DNA of 46,266 nucleotides, from positions 1-46,266 of IMG/VR virus record IMGVR_UViG_3300033145_003126. One strand, written 5' to 3'. Both the position numbers and the translations under genes were made by a program. Below the pieces are notes generated by a model. That model had not been told where the DNA came from, did not search any database, and was given only the letters and a program-made list of their open reading frames with translations. This stretch comes from a virus. This document shows positions 43,173 to 46,266 of this stretch, in pieces (the first letter of the stretch is position 1; each line of letters begins with the position of its first letter).

Positions 43173-43852
43173 TTTGGAACCTCAGTATCCACTTCAAAAT
43201 CTCCATGGCTATCATCACCCTGCTCATGAACATGAGTAAGAAAATCAACAGAGCCAGCCTGTAAATTATTAGCAAAAAGATCACCAGTTATCAATACCTT
43301 TCCAACTATATCTACATCATTATTAATTGTTGTTTTAGTGCTGGTAATTGTAGTTGCCCCTGTGGTAATTATTTCAACCCCTTCTGTTTTTTTGATGATG
43401 ATTTTAGTGTCCCCTGAGTTAGTTTTTATCTCCATGTTAGAAGGATCAAAATTTGGAATAACATCTTTCTGGGAATACATAGCTGGCTCAGCAAAAGCAT
43501 CACTCAAAGAATGTTTCCTAACATCAAATGGATTTTGAATACCACCTTCAGTCAACCAAGTATCAATTGATCTTTCAGCAAAAATAATCCTAACATGGTC
43601 ACCAACTTCTATTGGGAAAGTAATAGAAAAAGTGGCAGACCTCCAATAGCGGATAGGCACATTTACCAACAAGGGAAGGTTAACAAGCTCTCCACCTAAT
43701 TTCCGCTTGATTACGAGCTGCGCATCTATGAGCTGTGTAAGAGTATTCACCCTGGTGACTACAGCCGGTAAACAGGTGTGTACTTCCTTTAAAGCACTAT
43801 CTATGGCAGTCTGGATGACCTTTTCTAATGGAGTGGTAGGTTTATCTGCCAT
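43169..43852 (-). CDS. Central baseplate spike (P2 gpV / Mu gp45-like) with HxH apex
   Basis: A 227-aa ORF. CLPAVVTRV...LPLLVNVPI...VGDHVRIIFAERSID is OB-fold-like. A beta-helical repeat region follows, and THVHEQGDDSHGD sits at the tip. Confidence 0.7.
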   Translation of the reverse strand: MADKPTTPLEKVIQTAIDSALKEVHTCLPAVVTRVNTLTQLIDAQLVIKRKLGGELVNLPLLVNVPIRYWRSATFSITFPIEVGDHVRIIFAERSIDTWLTEGGIQNPFDVRKHSLSDAFAEPAMYSQKDVIPNFDPSNMEIKTNSGDTKIIIKKTEGVEIITTGATTITSTKTTINNDVDIVGKVLITGDLFANNLQAGSVDFLTHVHEQGDDSHGDFEVDTEVPK

Positions 43853-44712
43853 TAAAATACCCTTGCTTGTATATTAGATTCCCAAATATTATCATGTGTA
43901 TCTCCAGCATGAACAATTTTATCTATTCTATATACTCCATCATTTCTGACAGGTGGTACTTTCCTAAAGAATAGGTTGCCAATATTAATCTGTTCACTTA
44001 TGGCTTCAACCCTTATAGTCCTGCCTAATTTTAATCCAGGCAGAAGAAAATTTTTAACATTGATCCCAATTTCAGTTCTTTCAGGACTGCCAATCATCCC
44101 ACTGAGTTGGTTTATTATTATTGGAGGCACATCACTGAGAGGTAAACCAGTGGGGGCAGTTTCAATGACTCCTTCATTGATAGAATACTCAAACCCACAA
44201 TCCTTTGATATCTTGTCCAACCAATCTTTTACATTTCCAGATAGTTGTAATTCTCTCAATAGTGATCTTTTACCAGATAGACAATTCTTCAACCCTTCTG
44301 TGGTGCCCTTAGAAATCCCTTGCATCTGGGCTACAAGCTCATTATATATCTGCTCAGTATCTACTCCAGCTGGCAAAGTTTTATTGATAGTGGCTGTGCT
44401 AAGGATGTTAACCCCATCAGCAGAGAATATTTCACTGATCCAATTTGGGCCTGTTTTTAAATGGACAACATTGATTATATCCCCTTTGAATAAAAGTACT
44501 ACTTCTGTGTCTTGGTATCCTGCAAATAATTGTATGTCCAAGCCTTTTTCTTCAATTTTATTTCTACTGCTTTCTGATAGATTATATATTTTTATATTCC
44601 CAAGATTAGGATACCCTACCAGACTTTTTTCAATATTAAATGAAATCCTTAAATTAGCCATTTCAGTATCAGAAACAATCAACTTAGCAATTCGATTAAA
44701 CATCTTTTTCAA
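43852..44712 (-). CDS. Baseplate hub protein (XkdQ / gpD / gp27-like)
   Basis: A 286-aa ORF. NIKIYNLSESSRNKIEEKGLDIQLFAGYQDTEVVLLFKGDI fits hub proteins, and it sits directly upstream of the spike. Confidence 0.6.
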   Translation of the reverse strand: MKKMFNRIAKLIVSDTEMANLRISFNIEKSLVGYPNLGNIKIYNLSESSRNKIEEKGLDIQLFAGYQDTEVVLLFKGDIINVVHLKTGPNWISEIFSADGVNILSTATINKTLPAGVDTEQIYNELVAQMQGISKGTTEGLKNCLSGKRSLLRELQLSGNVKDWLDKISKDCGFEYSINEGVIETAPTGLPLSDVPPIIINQLSGMIGSPERTEIGINVKNFLLPGLKLGRTIRVEAISEQINIGNLFFRKVPPVRNDGVYRIDKIVHAGDTHDNIWESNIQARVF

Positions 44713-44980
44713 TTACCCCCAATACAAAAGCATCTAAATTATTTCTGGTAGGATCAAATTCATTGCTGCTTTTTAGATCAAAAGGGATTTGGACATATTG
44801 CTGAAGTAAAAATTCTTGTGTGATGAGTTTTACTCCATACACCAAAATATTCCCATCAGCACCTTTAATATCAAGAGTCCAGTATCCATATTCACTCCAG
44901 AGTTGCCTGAAATTATATATGATATCTAATATTGAAACCCTGAAATTCTCTTCAGGGTTATTTGTCAAAGGGAAATCCAT
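44696..44980 (-). CDS. Small baseplate-associated hypothetical protein
   Basis: A 94-aa ORF with a TAATG-type junction to the upstream gene. Confidence 0.5.
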   Translation of the reverse strand: MDFPLTNNPEENFRVSILDIIYNFRQLWSEYGYWTLDIKGADGNILVYGVKLITQEFLLQQYVQIPFDLKSSNEFDPTRNNLDAFVLGVIEKDV

Positions 44981-45516
44981 TATGATGCCTCTTTAAGTTG
45001 TTTCAACCCACCTTCTATAATAGAAATCATTTTATCAGAAATAGCCTCATCATTGAATATCTCTTCAATTATGCTTGGTGCCCCCACAAATATAATTTCT
45101 TTCATAGTGGCAGTAAAGAATAAACCTCTTGAAGTATCTTTATCTTGGCTTTCTGCTAAGCTCAAGATAACCACATTAGGGTATTCCTTGAGGCCCTGGA
45201 CAAGAGTGAAAGGGATTCTATTGGCTTGGAGTTCCAGAAGAGCTTCCCAGGCTTCTGTACTCTTTGTGGTATTCTGAGTGAAGATGGAAGCTACTCTGGA
45301 AAATTGACCAACCAGAGTAGAACCTATATTGCTAACCACTCCAGCAGTAGTAAAAGTCATCGGCTCAATAATTATATGATCATTTACATTTGCTCCATTT
45401 TCTACAGGATTCTCAGTGACTCTTGCAGTAGCAGAAGCAGTTTCTGTGATAATTATATCAAGCTCTACAGTGGATATAAAGTTTCCTTTTTTAAAAAATA
45501 ATTGGGCAATAGACAT
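44980..45516 (-). CDS. Distal tail / baseplate-proximal protein (tentative)
   Basis: A 178-aa ORF immediately after the tape measure. TENPVENGANVNDHIIIEPMTFTTAGVVS resembles the opening of tail proteins found after tape measures in PBSX/Mu-like clusters. Confidence 0.45.
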   Translation of the reverse strand: MSIAQLFFKKGNFISTVELDIIITETASATARVTENPVENGANVNDHIIIEPMTFTTAGVVSNIGSTLVGQFSRVASIFTQNTTKSTEAWEALLELQANRIPFTLVQGLKEYPNVVILSLAESQDKDTSRGLFFTATMKEIIFVGAPSIIEEIFNDEAISDKMISIIEGGLKQLKEAS

Positions 45517-46266
45517 TTAAAACTCCACATTTGATTCCAGATTAGTTTGAGCACCACTATACTGTTCATTGAGGACTTCTGTTACAACATTTTTTACTTT
45601 GGTTAAATCTCCACCATTAATATTAATGGTATTCTGAACTGATTTGCTGGAGTTGTTATTAGAGATATTTTGCCCACCAGCCCCACCTGAAGCACTCCTA
45701 TTCTGTTTGACTAAAAAACCACCAAAGCCAAAATTGCCAGTGGTAAAAGTTGGAATTTTTTTAATCCCTTCAATTAACTTATTCAAAGGGGTCATTACAA
45801 AATTAGTAATGGTTTTGCCTATATCTTTCAGCATAAGAATCATGCCTTCAAATGCCTCTTCTCCTTGAGTGAAAATTAAGTTCCACCCCTCTTTAACCAT
45901 CTTCAGGAGTGTGATCAGGCCATTCAAAAACTTCTCATATACAGGGAACCTTTTGGCCAAATCCCCCATAACTGAATCTCCACCATTGGCAAATTTTATT
46001 ATATCTTCCAGCACCAGAAGAATAGAAGCAGCCAAAGCAATTAATAAAATAGGCATCAGCAAAGCAGAAGCATTCATAGTCAAAAGAACTCCAGTCACCA
46101 GGATAAGGGTATTTTTTAATCCACCAAGGATATTAATCAGACCTAATACAGCCCCTGCAACACGCTTAACAATATTAAAAACTCCAGTGATAGTCCTTAT
46201 TGCCTTATCTAAAAAAGCCCCTAAATTTTGCTGTATAATAGCCTTATTAACTTTGAACCAATCTGT
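45517..46266 (-). CDS. Tail tape measure protein, C-terminal part (same gene as 1..831; unique part is 45517..46152)
   Basis: The frame continues from the terminal repeat (...VAGAVLGLINILGGLKNTLILVTGVLLTMNASALLMPILLIALAAS...). It contains hydrophobic segments and a Gly-rich tract, with the stop at 45517. The combined protein is about 488 aa. Confidence 0.85.
   Translation of the reverse strand, partial: TDWFKVNKAIIQQNLGAFLDKAIRTITGVFNIVKRVAGAVLGLINILGGLKNTLILVTGVLLTMNASALLMPILLIALAASILLVLEDIIKFANGGDSVMGDLAKRFPVYEKFLNGLITLLKMVKEGWNLIFTQGEEAFEGMILMLKDIGKTITNFVMTPLNKLIEGIKKIPTFTTGNFGFGGFLVKQNRSASGGAGGQNISNNNSSKSVQNTININGGDLTKVKNVVTEVLNEQYSGAQTNLESNVEF
46153..46266. repeat. Terminal direct repeat, copy 2
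   Basis: Identical to 1-114, which gives a unique genome length of 46,152 bp. Confidence 0.95.

Noticed and set aside
43976-44737. 253-aa plus-strand ORF (and similar long antisense ORFs, e.g. 4325-4774, 6815-7294, 7619-7948, 24400-24933, 36930-37349, 37587-37988, 22788-23624)
   Set aside because: Each is a mirror of a well-supported gene on the other strand. The products are Ser/Leu/Pro/Ile-rich shadow translations without motifs or RBS. Long antisense frames are expected in AT-rich genomes with biased codon usage.

Overview
The window is a complete, circularly assembled genome of an AT-rich, CpG-depleted dsDNA tailed phage with a contractile tail (about 37-38% G+C by eye). Bases 1-114 recur exactly at 46153-46266, so the unique length is 46,152 bp and the tape-measure gene runs across the junction. 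There are three transcription arms. (1) A roughly 25-kb minus-strand late unit starts at terS (17263). It runs through a lysis-like cassette, terL, three unknown genes, portal, a LamG-lectin gene, a MuF-like gene, a scaffold-like gene and a cement/decoration gene with five tandem ~92-aa repeats. It continues through the HK97-fold capsid, connectors, sheath, tube, a -1 frameshifted chaperone and the tape measure (wrapping through coordinate 1), then the baseplate and two fibre genes, ending at 38626. (2) A minus-strand primase-polymerase/helicase operon (21221-17869) is flanked by repeat-rich non-coding DNA. (3) A plus-strand early/replication arm (21494-38562) carries a DUF2786-like gene, a Lys/Ala-rich histone-like gene, an AAA_24-type ATPase, a DUF669-like gene, a Cas4-like nuclease and an SF2 helicase. 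These are followed by a five-gene flavoenzyme / GT-A glycosyltransferase / ThyX / HAD-fusion / radical-SAM block, a DEDDh exonuclease, Pol III alpha, an ATP-dependent ligase and VRR-NUC. I saw no integrase, repressor, transposase, tRNA, rRNA or CRISPR array. Strong AAGGAG-type ribosome-binding sites and many ATGA/TAATG start-stop overlaps support the gene calls. All product names come from motifs read by eye in the supplied translations or my own translations; no database search was possible. The best candidates for something undescribed are: the putative nucleotide/DNA hypermodification block (28446-32762); the LamG protein whose C-terminus copies the sheath N-terminal arm; the five-repeat cement protein; the AACCTAT iteron arrays; and a CpG-normal island marking a swapped fibre tip plus partner gene.
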